A stretch of DNA of 64,000 nt from an uncultured delta proteobacterium (lineage in GTDB: Bacteria; Desulfobacterota; Binatia; UBA9968). The stretch covers positions 184,752 through 248,751 of the forward strand of contig CAVSLC010000002.1 in NCBI GenBank assembly GCA_963728565.1, in the 5' to 3' direction. The notes below the pieces were generated by a model, which had not been told where the DNA came from, did not search any database, and saw only the letters and a program-made list of their open reading frames with translations. Position numbers and translations under genes: made by a program. Below, piece after piece: positions 33,244 to 43,023 of the stretch (its first letter is position 1; each line of letters opens with the position of its first letter).

Positions 33244-34464
33244 TTGATAGTGAATTTGCTTCCCCGGCCTTATCACGTGCCTCTTGCCGCTCCGTTCTGG
33301 AGTGGCGCGACCTTCCGGGCAATCGTTCGTTGCCTTCTCTCGGGCCAGGTTATCGTCGGGCCGGACCTTGCCGAGCTGAAATCTTGGATCACGCAAGAAG
33401 TAGACGTCCAAAATGCCATTCTGTGCGGCTCCGGTAGCCTCGCCCTCGAACTTGCGTTGCGATCCTGTGACGTGAAATCGGGCGATGAAGTGGTGGTTCC
33501 GGCGTTTTGCTGCACAAGCATTATCTCACCTATCTTAGCAGTCGGCGCCTACCCCGTGCTGGCCGATGTCGGAGATGACCTCAATCTCACGGCAGCGACG
33601 GTCGAGCCGGCATTGAGTAAAAGGACCCGAGCGATTATCGTGCCGCATCTTTTTGGTAATCCTGTGGAAATAGATTCCATTATCGATCTGACACGCGGAC
33701 GAGACATCCGGGTCATCGACGACGCCGCCCAGGCGCTGGGCGCGAGCTTAGATGGCCGGAAGCTAGGGACGTTCGGCGATGCTGGGATTTTAAGTTTCGG
33801 CAACGAGAAGATTTGCTCTGGCCTCGGTGGCGGGGTGTTTGTCTCGCGACACGGAGAAGTCCTTGAACGCGGTGCTGAATTCGCTTTAGCTGCAGCCGAT
33901 TTTTCTGCCGCGCTGCGAAATCTTTCATCGTCGCTGATCTGGCATCGGTGGAGGCGCTGGTCGGTTCCGCTCCATGAAGCTTTATCCGATGCGGCAGCTA
34001 CAGATCATCAGTCATTGCCGGCGCAGTATCGAAAAGAATCCATGTCCAATCTCAACGCCGCGGTCGCTTTGAGTCTGATAAAAAGCTTGCAAGACAATTT
34101 AGTCGCGCGCCGATTGCGCGTTCGCGCCTATCAAGGATTGCTGGGAAATGAACCTTTGATATTGGTGCCGCACCGAGCAGGCTCTGCCTGCCTAACCCAA
34201 GTCATTCGAATCAGGCCTAAATATCCGGGCCACGATCCAGCCTCAGATCTGATTGCCTCCCTCCGCGGCGCCGGTTTCGAAGTTCAAGGTAGTTATATCC
34301 CGATCCACCTGCTGGAGCCTTACCGGCAGGTGGCGGTGCGATCCTTTCCTCATGCTGAGAAAATCTGGGCGAATCTGATTGAGCTGCCTTGCGAGCCCGA
34401 CGTCAGCTTGGAACACGTAGAGCGAATCGCTTCGATCGTGAAGCAAACGATCAGGTGTTCATGA
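33244..34464 (+). CDS. DegT/DnrJ/EryC1/StrS family PLP aminotransferase
   Basis: GDEVVVPAF, PHLFG, IDDAAQALG, SFGNEK. Confidence 0.88.
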   Translation: MIVNLLPRPYHVPLAAPFWSGATFRAIVRCLLSGQVIVGPDLAELKSWITQEVDVQNAILCGSGSLALELALRSCDVKSGDEVVVPAFCCTSIISPILAVGAYPVLADVGDDLNLTAATVEPALSKRTRAIIVPHLFGNPVEIDSIIDLTRGRDIRVIDDAAQALGASLDGRKLGTFGDAGILSFGNEKICSGLGGGVFVSRHGEVLERGAEFALAAADFSAALRNLSSSLIWHRWRRWSVPLHEALSDAAATDHQSLPAQYRKESMSNLNAAVALSLIKSLQDNLVARRLRVRAYQGLLGNEPLILVPHRAGSACLTQVIRIRPKYPGHDPASDLIASLRGAGFEVQGSYIPIHLLEPYRQVAVRSFPHAEKIWANLIELPCEPDVSLEHVERIASIVKQTIRCS

Positions 34465-34542
34465 TGGGAGACGACTGGAAGATTTCGTTGACAAAATGCG
34501 CCCGAGGCTTCTAGAGTCGGGTTCATCGAAGTTACGGAGGCG

Positions 34543-35274
34543 ATGACCATGGCAGACTACATCCTTAAGCAAAGAGACGCGGACGTGACCACCCTTATCT
34601 TGAACCGGCCTGATATCGGCAACCGGCAGGACGATGCGACTTTGGCTCAGCTGGCTCAGATGATCGACAGTGCCGCGAAGGAGTCGCGGCTGATCTTATT
34701 TAAAGGCGCGGGCGAGGACTTTTGCCTGGGCCGAGAAGCGATGGGCAAACCCGGTCCGGCGCTTGAAGCTTATCAGATGCGCGAGAGAGCCGATACGATC
34801 TTCGATTTGTACGACGCGTTTCGGCGTTCTAAAGTGCCGATCATCGGCGTTATTCAAGGCCGCGCCGCAGGATTGGGCTGTGCGCTGGCGGCTTTATGCG
34901 ATATTACCATTGCCAGCGACAAGGCTCGATTTCAGCTACCGGAGATGGCGCACAATATCATGCCGACGATCGCGATGTCGGGGCTCGTCGACCGCGTGCC
35001 GCGCAAAGCGGCGACTTACCTGATCTATTCAACCCAGGAGATCGATGCCAATAAGGCCCTTATGTTCGGCATCGTCAGCGATGTCGTGCCGGCCGCGGAA
35101 CTCGATGCGGCAGTGGGCAAATTACTGGAGCGGCTGAAGCAGACGCCGCTCCCCGCTTTGATGGCGGTCAAAGAGTATGGCCGATCTGCTTTCAATATGA
35201 ATACCCAGGCGGCCACTGACTTCGCCCGCAATCTTCACGCTACGATTAATACCTTTTCGGGAATGAAGCCGTAA
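34543..35274 (+). CDS. Enoyl-CoA hydratase/isomerase family protein
   Basis: LNRP, FCLG, GRAAGLG, CDI..A...ARFQLPE. Confidence 0.88.
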   Translation: MTMADYILKQRDADVTTLILNRPDIGNRQDDATLAQLAQMIDSAAKESRLILFKGAGEDFCLGREAMGKPGPALEAYQMRERADTIFDLYDAFRRSKVPIIGVIQGRAAGLGCALAALCDITIASDKARFQLPEMAHNIMPTIAMSGLVDRVPRKAATYLIYSTQEIDANKALMFGIVSDVVPAAELDAAVGKLLERLKQTPLPALMAVKEYGRSAFNMNTQAATDFARNLHATINTFSGMKP

Positions 35275-35482
35275 CCCCAGACGGCTGATAAGGCACGGGT
35301 TCGGAACCTTGTCCGGCAACTCAGAGCTCTCATGATGAGAGTCGTTTACGGGCTCAAGCACGCGTGCACTCCGGCGACGCAACCAACAATCTCATCATGT
35401 CACCTAAGCAGAAACAAATTCTTCATTTGACACATCGTCCCGCCATCAAATATTCTCGCGCAGCTCTCGCGCAGGAGGTTTT

Positions 35483-36544
35483 GTGAAGCGTCCTAGTCCA
35501 AAAGTTTTCCCAGTGCTTGTTCTAACCGCCGTCGTTGGCGGCGCTGCCACTGTTTGATTCTGCTCTGTATTGGCACAAGCTGATTTTTACAAAGGCAAAA
35601 CCATCCGCATCATGGTCGGATCGACGCCGGGAAGTTTTTATGACCTGTGGGGACGCCTGCTCGCGCGCTATTGGGGCAAACAGATTCCCGGTAATCCTGA
35701 AGTGATCGTGCAAAACATGCCGGGCGCTGGTTCTTTAACCGCGACTAACTATGTGTATGCGGTGGCTAAACCGGATGGGTTAACCATGGTGTTGCCGAAT
35801 AACAGCATCTACATCGAGCAACTGGTCGAGCGCAAGGAAGTGCAGTTCGACTTGCGAAAGTTTCACTGGATTGGTTCGGCATCGCAGGATTCTATCATTT
35901 TCTACATGCGCGCCGACACGCCGTTCAAGACCATCGGCGATATTGTCAAAGCCAAACAGCCGCCCAGTTGCGGCGGTTCCGGTACAACAAGTTCCGATTA
36001 CTTGGTTGCAAAAATTCTGGAACTAACTCTAGGCGCGAACATCAATTCGGTCTTAGGCTATCCGGGCGGCAATGAGGCGGATTTGGCGGTGGAGAAAGGT
36101 GAGATCGTTTGCCGCGCCCATACCTTAGCGGCCCATTTCGGCCGCGAGCCCTTCAATAGCTGGCACAAGAAGGGTTTCGACCGCCACTTACTGCAAACCG
36201 GACGCAAACGGGATCCGCGCGCCGCGGAAGCGCCGACGATCTACGAGATCCTCGAGGAATTTAAAGTTCCTGGCAACAATCGCCGCATCGTCCAAGCCAT
36301 GTTGTCCGGCGGTGAGTTCGGCCGGCCGTTCTTGGTGACACCGGGCACGCCGCCGGAGCGGGTGAAGATTCTCCGTGAATCTTTCGTCAAGGCCTTGAAA
36401 GATCCAGAACTTTTAGACGATGCCAAAAAAGCCAAGATGGAAGTCGATTATACCTCCGGCGAGGAATTGGAAGCTTTGATCAAGGAAGTGTTGGATCAAC
36501 CGCCCGAAATCGTGCAGCAGGTAAGAAAATTTATGGCCAAGTAA
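35483..36544 (+). CDS. TctC/Bug substrate-binding protein (signal-peptide region disrupted)
   Basis: RBS AGGAGG and GTG at 35483; FYKGKTI, VQNMPGAG; paralog of 25087-26130. Confidence 0.88.
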
Positions 36545-36587
36545 TCCCGGCAAAGCAGAGGTGCGTGACGAAAAGATCGGAGGTGTC

Positions 36588-37946
36588 ATGGACGCGACGG
36601 CGAGAATTGCCCGGTTCGTAGTCGAGACTGAATTCCAAAAGATTCCGTCGGAAGCGATTAAGATGGCGAAAACAGCGGTGCTCGATTGTCTTGGGGTGGC
36701 ATTGGCGGGCAGCAAAGAATCGAGCGCCAGGATCTGCGCCGAAATCGCCCGCCAGGAGCGCGCAAAAGAAGAGTCCAGCGTCATCGGACAGGGATTTAAA
36801 TCATCGGCAATGCATGCGGCTTTTGCCAATGGCACAGCCGCGCACGCGCTCGATTTCGATCACAGTTTTACGCTGATGGGCCAACCCACGGCGCCGATCA
36901 TTCCGGCGATTATCTCCTTGGGAGAATCGCTTGGCAGCAGCGGCCGGCGCTGCCTCGAGGCTTACGTCGCGGGTTTCGAGACGATTACGAAGTTAGTAAT
37001 GTCGCTCCGGCAACGCTCCGAAGACGGCTGGCATCCGCCGTCAAGCTTCGGTTCGTTCGGCGCCGGCGTGGCCTGCGCGAAACTGCAGGGACTGAGCCAA
37101 ACTCAAGTAGAAACGACGCTCGGCACAGCGGCATCGATGGCCAGCGGCCTGGTGTGTAATTTCGGCACGATGTCTAAACCGTTGCACGTCGGCCTTGGTG
37201 CGAGAAATGGAGTGGTGGCAGCCAAGCTGGCGCAATCCGGTTTCACCGCCAACAGGCAGGCAATTGAAGGTGGACTGGGCTTTTATGAGGTGTTTTATCC
37301 CGGAGCAGAGCCGGACAAGCGCCCGCTCCAAGAGTTGGGGACAGCCTACGAATTGATCAACAGCGGCATCAGGATCAAGCCTTACCCGTGCGGCGGCCTG
37401 ACGCATCCCGCCATCGACGGCGTGCTCGAGTTCAAGACCAAGCATGGGATCACGGCTGAGATGATCGAGTCCATCGATGTCGGCGTGGCGCGGCATACGT
37501 TTGAAAGAATTGTGTTTCGCGTCCCTGAAAACGGCTTGCAGGGCAAATTTTCCATGCCTTATCTGTTGGCCCGCGCAATCATCGATGGAAGGCTCTTCCT
37601 GGACGCATTTACCGATGCGGCAGTTCGGGATGACAATGTCTTGCGTCTGGCTGAGAAGATTCAGATGCGCCTCGACCCCGATCTTCAACCGACTGCTCTA
37701 GGCAGCCGTCCGTGCAAAGTCACGATTCGTCTGCTCGACGGCCGAAGCTTTTCCCGGCAGATCGATTACGCCAAAGGCAGCCGCGAAGCTCCCATGACTG
37801 CCGAAGAACTTAAACAGAAATTTGTTGGTTGCGCGCGCCAAGCTCTCGATGACAGTGCCATTGAAGGCATCATAGAGTATGTCGAGCATTTGGAAACTTT
37901 GGAAGATATCCGGCCGCTGTGCCGGTTACTAATGGGACCAAACTGA
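36588..37946 (+). CDS. MmgE/PrpD family protein
   Basis: AAFANGTAAHALDFD, GWH, KPLH, IKPYPC, KFSMPY. Confidence 0.92.
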   Translation: MDATARIARFVVETEFQKIPSEAIKMAKTAVLDCLGVALAGSKESSARICAEIARQERAKEESSVIGQGFKSSAMHAAFANGTAAHALDFDHSFTLMGQPTAPIIPAIISLGESLGSSGRRCLEAYVAGFETITKLVMSLRQRSEDGWHPPSSFGSFGAGVACAKLQGLSQTQVETTLGTAASMASGLVCNFGTMSKPLHVGLGARNGVVAAKLAQSGFTANRQAIEGGLGFYEVFYPGAEPDKRPLQELGTAYELINSGIRIKPYPCGGLTHPAIDGVLEFKTKHGITAEMIESIDVGVARHTFERIVFRVPENGLQGKFSMPYLLARAIIDGRLFLDAFTDAAVRDDNVLRLAEKIQMRLDPDLQPTALGSRPCKVTIRLLDGRSFSRQIDYAKGSREAPMTAEELKQKFVGCARQALDDSAIEGIIEYVEHLETLEDIRPLCRLLMGPN

Positions 37947-38060
37947 TCTTAGGCTCGAAACTCGTGAAAGTGCAGCGCTAACCGGCACCGATTTGACAGC
38001 CTCTTTCTCGTGGTGGTATGAGCGGCTAGATTTGGCGCATTAACAAAAGGGGAGAAGAGT

Positions 38061-38489
38061 ATGGCGTATACCATAAAGAAAGTAGATGTATGGGCCGGGG
38101 AGATCGCCGATCGTCCCGGTGGGCTAGGCGCGACGGTAGAGGCGTTGAGCAACGCGGGTGCCAACTTAGAATTCCTTGTTTCGCGTCGTGCTCCGGATCG
38201 GCCGGGAACCGGGGTTGTTTTTCTAACTCCGGTAAAAGGAACAAAGCAGAAGAATGCGGCTCAGAGCGCGGGCTTGAGCACTACCGACAGCCTGCATTCA
38301 GTTCGGGTTGAAGGTCCGGACAAACCCGGCTTGGGAACGAAGTTGACTCGGGCGCTGAGCGACGCAGGTATAAACCTGCGCGGTGTCTCGGCCGCTGCGC
38401 TTGGACGGCGTATGGTGACTTATCTCGCGTTCGACAACGCAAGCGATGCGGAGAACGCGATGCGCGCTTTAAAGAGGGCGCTGAAGTAA
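38061..38489 (+). CDS. Tandem ACT domain protein
   Basis: DRPGGL...AGANLE and DKPGLG...AGINL. Confidence 0.85.
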   Translation: MAYTIKKVDVWAGEIADRPGGLGATVEALSNAGANLEFLVSRRAPDRPGTGVVFLTPVKGTKQKNAAQSAGLSTTDSLHSVRVEGPDKPGLGTKLTRALSDAGINLRGVSAAALGRRMVTYLAFDNASDAENAMRALKRALK

Positions 38490-38517
38490 TTTCAGCGAGC
38501 AATCGCCAGCCAGTTGG

Positions 38518-39162
38518 CTAGCGATTGCTGATCGACGAGACTTGGAAGTTATCCCGATTAACGAACTCTCCCTCCAATCTTACGCTGTCGCCATTACGTA
38601 GACGGCGAAATGCATCCACGTCGGATGTCCTCGCATTGAAAGGCAGAGCGACACTGATGACGCCGCGGTCCCGGGTTCTTACATCGAAGATGCCGCGATC
38701 GTAATCGATTCTATCGACCGTTCCTTCGAGCACTTCGCCCCTGGTGAGACCAGTCCCGGGCCGCGGGGAAGTTGATGTCGCGCGCGCTTGGACTGGCTGC
38801 TGGACGCGAATCGTGTCGATAGTATTGTCGCGACCGAAAGTTTGGAAGGCGATGATATCGCCGGCCTCGAGATTTTCGACAGAATAGTCCCGGCCTTGAT
38901 AGGTGACTCTCGTTCTAGAGGGGTCGTATCTCAATACTCGGGTGCGATTATCATCGGCTCGAACCTGGATTTCATTTCGGTTCGGGGTAACCTGGACCAC
39001 CTCCGCTCTCATTTCACCAGCCTGTAGAGTGGTGTCCGGCCCGGGCACGCTCTCGCCGCGCCGCGTCTCGTGCAATGTCGGTCCGGCCACACATCCGAGC
39101 AGCAGCGTCAATCCCATTGCCAATCCTAGTTTGAGCGCGCAAAAACGTTTGAACAGTGTCAT
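38518..39162 (-). CDS. Putative lipoprotein with two small beta-barrel repeats
   Basis: LLLGC lipobox; repeated LxxGD motifs; RBS AGGAGG. Confidence 0.7.
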   Translation of the reverse strand: MTLFKRFCALKLGLAMGLTLLLGCVAGPTLHETRRGESVPGPDTTLQAGEMRAEVVQVTPNRNEIQVRADDNRTRVLRYDPSRTRVTYQGRDYSVENLEAGDIIAFQTFGRDNTIDTIRVQQPVQARATSTSPRPGTGLTRGEVLEGTVDRIDYDRGIFDVRTRDRGVISVALPFNARTSDVDAFRRLRNGDSVRLEGEFVNRDNFQVSSISNR

Positions 39163-39201
39163 GGCGTACCTCCTGCAGTAGCTTCTGCCATTGGCTCTAA
39201 C

Positions 39202-39216
39202 ACAAAGTCTGTGCCA
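39202..39216 (-). promoter_or_regulatory. Possible sigma-54 promoter
   Basis: TGGCAC-AGACT-TTGT (one mismatch) upstream of the lipoprotein gene. Confidence 0.35.
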
Positions 39217-39415
39217 AGGAGTCAAGTCCGCGAGAACTACTTGGGAGTTTGTTAAACAGATGAAGGAGAGAAAACCGTGTACCGAGGGCGACACATTTAG
39301 TTTAGGAGCCTGTCCCAGGTCGGAGTGTAAAGATTCAGACGAGTTTCGATAGCAGCAGCAATCAACGCGATAGATACCACCACCGAGTTTAGTTCCGGGT
39401 GCGTGATACTCGGTT

Positions 39416-40879
39416 CTATAATGCTGAGTTTTTATGTAAACGCACCGACACGTCACCGCGCTTAAGCGATATGCTGGAGCGATTGGTCGTTCTGGTAAGC
39501 TCTTCGAGCAAGTGTAATAGCGGATTTCCCCCGTTGGCGTAAAGCCGGGCAGGCCCAGCCGCGCGCATAGAATCGACGTCTTCCTTGCTGGTGAAAAAGC
39601 GCAACAAAACTTCCTCATCGGATACGCTTGATCCGCCGAATTTTCGCCGCAACTCTTGTAGCGGCATTTGCGGCGGTTCACGTCTGGCGATTTCCTTGGC
39701 GCGGCGGCGGCTGAGAACTTTGTCCTTAACATTGGGATCCATCATTGCGCCGCCTTCTTTTCCCCAGACTCCCAAGGCGTACTCGATGGTCTGATCCGTC
39801 ACTTCCTTGTAACGCTCGCCAACGATTACATTGATGGCGGCTTGGCTGCCGACAAACTGGGACAAGGGCGTGACCATGATCGGATAGCCAAATTCTGCCC
39901 GCACCTGAGCCGCTTCATCGAGGGTTCGCTCGAGTTTGTCCTCCATCCCGACTCGCCCTAGCTGGTGACGCAGATTTGAAATCATGCCGCCGGGAATTTG
40001 GTGGATGTACTGAGCGTAGTCATATTCCGGCGGCTTACCGATGGTCAATTTCTCTCGCTTGGCGATGGCGGTGAAATGAGCCGCCACGGGGCGAATAGGT
40101 TCTTCATCGATTACCGGCGCATAGCCCATCGCCCTAGCGTTTTTGGCAACGTTGAAAATTGACGGGTTCGAAGAACCGTCGGCCAGCGGAGGGATTGCCG
40201 TGTTAATCGATGTCATACCGGCCTGGATCGCTTCGAGACAACAGAGAGAGCCCAGTCCCGTGGTACAATGCGTGTGTAACTCGGCGATGGTGCCGTTCGC
40301 GCTTTGGAGAACCGCCCGCGCCAGGGTGCGCGTACGCTCCGGTGTCAGGATTCCGCCGGGATCTTTCAAACACACTCTGAACACGTTCAGTTTCAGCGCT
40401 TCGCGGGTTTTTTGCGCATAATATTCATCGGTATGCCGCGGCGAAATCGTATAGATCAGATTGATGATCGGTTCGAGTCCCGCGGCCCGCGCTTGTTCCA
40501 CCCGCCAATGCCAATCGGCCGGGTCATTCCACGAATCGGAGATGCGCACCTGCTTAATTCCTATATCCGCCATGCAGCGATCGTAGAGTTGATGAATGGC
40601 ATGCGGGTAAATGGCGAAGCCGCTGCGAGTGCCGTGAATGACTCGAAGCGGGGTTTTCTTGATCCGAGCTAAAACCAGCCGGTAACGCTCCCAGGGATCT
40701 TCACGCAGCTCTCGGACGCACTTCGGCAACTCCACGGGACCGCCAAGCTCGATCGCCTCGAAGCCGGCATTATCGATCTGCTCGGCGACCGGAACAATCA
40801 TTCCTGTGCGCATGCCATAAGCCCAAAGGCTTTGCTGGCCGTCGCGCAGTGTCGTATCGACAAAATGAATATCTTTCAT
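39416..40879 (-). CDS. Pyruvate carboxylase B/oxaloacetate decarboxylase alpha-like carboxyltransferase (no biotinyl domain)
   Basis: DTTLRDGQQSL, CLKDPGG, HTHCTTG, HQIPGGM, PIMVTPLSQ. Confidence 0.88.
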   Translation of the reverse strand: MKDIHFVDTTLRDGQQSLWAYGMRTGMIVPVAEQIDNAGFEAIELGGPVELPKCVRELREDPWERYRLVLARIKKTPLRVIHGTRSGFAIYPHAIHQLYDRCMADIGIKQVRISDSWNDPADWHWRVEQARAAGLEPIINLIYTISPRHTDEYYAQKTREALKLNVFRVCLKDPGGILTPERTRTLARAVLQSANGTIAELHTHCTTGLGSLCCLEAIQAGMTSINTAIPPLADGSSNPSIFNVAKNARAMGYAPVIDEEPIRPVAAHFTAIAKREKLTIGKPPEYDYAQYIHQIPGGMISNLRHQLGRVGMEDKLERTLDEAAQVRAEFGYPIMVTPLSQFVGSQAAINVIVGERYKEVTDQTIEYALGVWGKEGGAMMDPNVKDKVLSRRRAKEIARREPPQMPLQELRRKFGGSSVSDEEVLLRFFTSKEDVDSMRAAGPARLYANGGNPLLHLLEELTRTTNRSSISLKRGDVSVRLHKNSAL

Positions 40880-41289
40880 GCAAACGATACTAAACGGTCT
40901 TCGATGCCGAACCAAGAGGTTGTCTGCCGTTCAGCTTTTGAACGACAATGGCTGAAAGCTTTCCGAGCAGCGAAGTCATTTAGAGCAGCAATGGGAAAAA
41001 TCCGATTCCGCCTCTACGGAAGACCTGCGCTTGGCGTTGCGGCGGTACCGGTCGTTTTTTGACCGGCTGCTATCGATCTAGACAAGCGAATAGCGGCACG
41101 GTACCTTGCAGCTGGAATCCCAACTTACCCGAGTTCGACGTAGGTTGCGGTGACAGTTCGGCAGCGTGACGGAGATCATGATGGCAATGGGCGTTGATGG
41201 AGAAGAGGGTCGACAAGAAAGCGAAAAAGGCGAGCAGCGTTTCTGAAGATTGAGAATTGGAGTAAGATGTTCCAGCTCAGAAACTTCCG

Positions 41290-41598
41290 TTAGAGCCTCT
41301 CGATCGAGCTTGCCCGGATCACCAGTTCGATTTGCCTGAAGCGCTGTTCCAGATCTGTTCGGTATTCACCCCACCACCGCCGGTTTAGTTCATCGGTCAT
41401 CACTTCAAAGATAACCACCTCATCGCGATTGATGGCGTTCTCAGCTATCCGCCAGAACCCTTGAGCCGGTGAACGCAGAAAAGCCGTGACCCCACCGAAA
41501 TGCTCGGTCAGCTCTTGCCGCACACAATCGAAAGCCTCAGGCGGAAATCGGGCGTTCAAATTATCGTATAGCGGTAAGAGTAGTTGAACGAGGTACAT
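41290..41598 (-). CDS. Conserved hypothetical protein
   Basis: MYLVQLLLPLYDN...FGGVTAF.RSPA.G.W. Confidence 0.7.
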   Translation of the reverse strand: MYLVQLLLPLYDNLNARFPPEAFDCVRQELTEHFGGVTAFLRSPAQGFWRIAENAINRDEVVIFEVMTDELNRRWWGEYRTDLEQRFRQIELVIRASSIERL

Positions 41599-41616
41599 GG
41601 CCATGCTCGTTGGTGT

Positions 41617-42279
41617 TCAGTGACCGTGGCGTTCGATTATCGCGAGCGCGGCGCGGCAGCAGAGAATGTCTTGTTCCGGGCGGCTCCCACCCGCCACACC
41701 GACTGCGCCAACGATGGTCACGCCATCAATGATCGGAATAGCTCCTCCCACCGGCATGATGCGACCGCGATGGGACATCGTCAGGCTGCGAAATCGCGCC
41801 TGACGTGCTTGGGGCGCCAGCTCGGCGGTGGCGACGTGAAAGGCGGCGGCGGTATATGCTTTGTTAAAGGCGAGTTCCGCCGTCATCGGTTCGGCAGTAT
41901 CCATTCGCCCCACGGCAATCGGCCCGCCCGCTTCATCGACCACAGCGGCTGTCACCGCCATCCCCATGATCTGGGCGTAGTCGTGCGCCGCCCGGATCAT
42001 CTGCCAAGCGGTCTCGAAGGAGACCGGGCCGGCGGCTGCCTTGTTTTTGCGAAAGAAGGCGGCGTTGACCTCAATAGCAGCTTGGTGCTCGACCGGAATA
42101 TCGATGTCCTTGAAGATTGCGTCCACCGGGCAGACGATTTCGCACTGCTCGCAGTCGATACACACTTCAGGATCGATGTAGAATTGGGGCGCGCCCGGTG
42201 TCGTATGGATGCAGGCAACCGGACAGACATCGACGCAGGCTCCGTCATTGGTGCACAGGCTGGTGATCACGTAGGGCAT
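41617..42279 (-). CDS. 7Fe-type ferredoxin fused to a GlcG/HbpS heme-binding domain
   Basis: MPYVITSLC..DGACVDVCPV..CIDCEQCEIVCPV, then AVVDEAG..RMD..KAYTA..GGAIPI..GAVGVAG. Confidence 0.88.
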   Translation of the reverse strand: MPYVITSLCTNDGACVDVCPVACIHTTPGAPQFYIDPEVCIDCEQCEIVCPVDAIFKDIDIPVEHQAAIEVNAAFFRKNKAAAGPVSFETAWQMIRAAHDYAQIMGMAVTAAVVDEAGGPIAVGRMDTAEPMTAELAFNKAYTAAAFHVATAELAPQARQARFRSLTMSHRGRIMPVGGAIPIIDGVTIVGAVGVAGGSRPEQDILCCRAALAIIERHGH

Positions 42280-42304
42280 TCCGATCGCTCCTTCGTCGCG
42301 AGCA

Positions 42305-42392
42305 GTTTCGATTGTTCCAATGGTTCCAACGGTTAGAATCGTTATGGCTTAAACCACCTGGAACAATTGGAACGTATGGAACGATTTGAACG
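42305..42392. repeat. Tandem-unit palindrome B (GTTCCA/TGGAAC, 9-bp period)
   Basis: gtttcgatt gttccaatg gttccaacg gttagaatc ... tggaacaat tggaacgta tggaacgat ttgaacg. Confidence 0.85.
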
Positions 42393-42395
42393 AGT

Positions 42396-43023
42396 TCATC
42401 TTTGTATGCCATCCGGTGCCAGAGGCAGATCCGTCAGGATAATATCTGCCACATGAACATCGGCGCCGTACTGAGGAGTTACTAATCGGCCGTGGCCGTT
42501 GATCTCGCCCAAACCGGCCACGGCGGCAAGCTTCTCGCCGCTAGCTTCCGGCGCGACCTTGGCGCGAAACCCGAGCTCCCTGATCCACGCGCTCAGCACG
42601 AAAGTTATGAACAGCCCGTTCTGCACCGGCACTTGCCCGCCAATGCCGGATGCGGTGCGTGGATCGTACTCAGCGCGAACGACGCAGACGACTCCGAACG
42701 GATATTCTTCTTCGATCTTACCATCCGCGGCTGGCGGGTAAGGCGAGGGTGATGGATTGTTCTCCGGTAATTTTACGATACCCACCAGATTCGCGCCGAA
42801 GTACTGCGCCATTCCCTTGACATGGCTTGAGGTAATCTCCGGTGTGTGGATATCGGCCTTGGTCGGAAAAACATTGCCGGGCGGAGCGTTGCGGATCAAC
42901 TCGGTCACTGTGTTGGCGAGATCGGCCGGCGGCGTGTTTATAAAGAAATCCCAGTATGGATCGGTCTTGTGAGGACCTCTTTTCAGCCCGCGGCACTTTG
43001 AAGGGACCCAATCGAAAGGTCAC
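42396..43023 (-). CDS. Stand-alone RdhA-like cobalamin-domain paralog lacking Fe-S motifs (frameshift near the 5' end)
   Basis: HVKGMAQYFGANLVGI, IRELGF, AGLGE, YG..ILTDLPL colinear with the upstream gene; GTG overlaps its TAG. Confidence 0.8.

Noticed and set aside
35483-35570. In-frame TGA as selenocysteine or readthrough
   Set aside because: It lies in a signal peptide; compensating indels explain it more simply
38518-39732. 404-aa ORF as called
   Set aside because: The 5' half overlaps another gene; the real start with RBS and lipobox is at 39162
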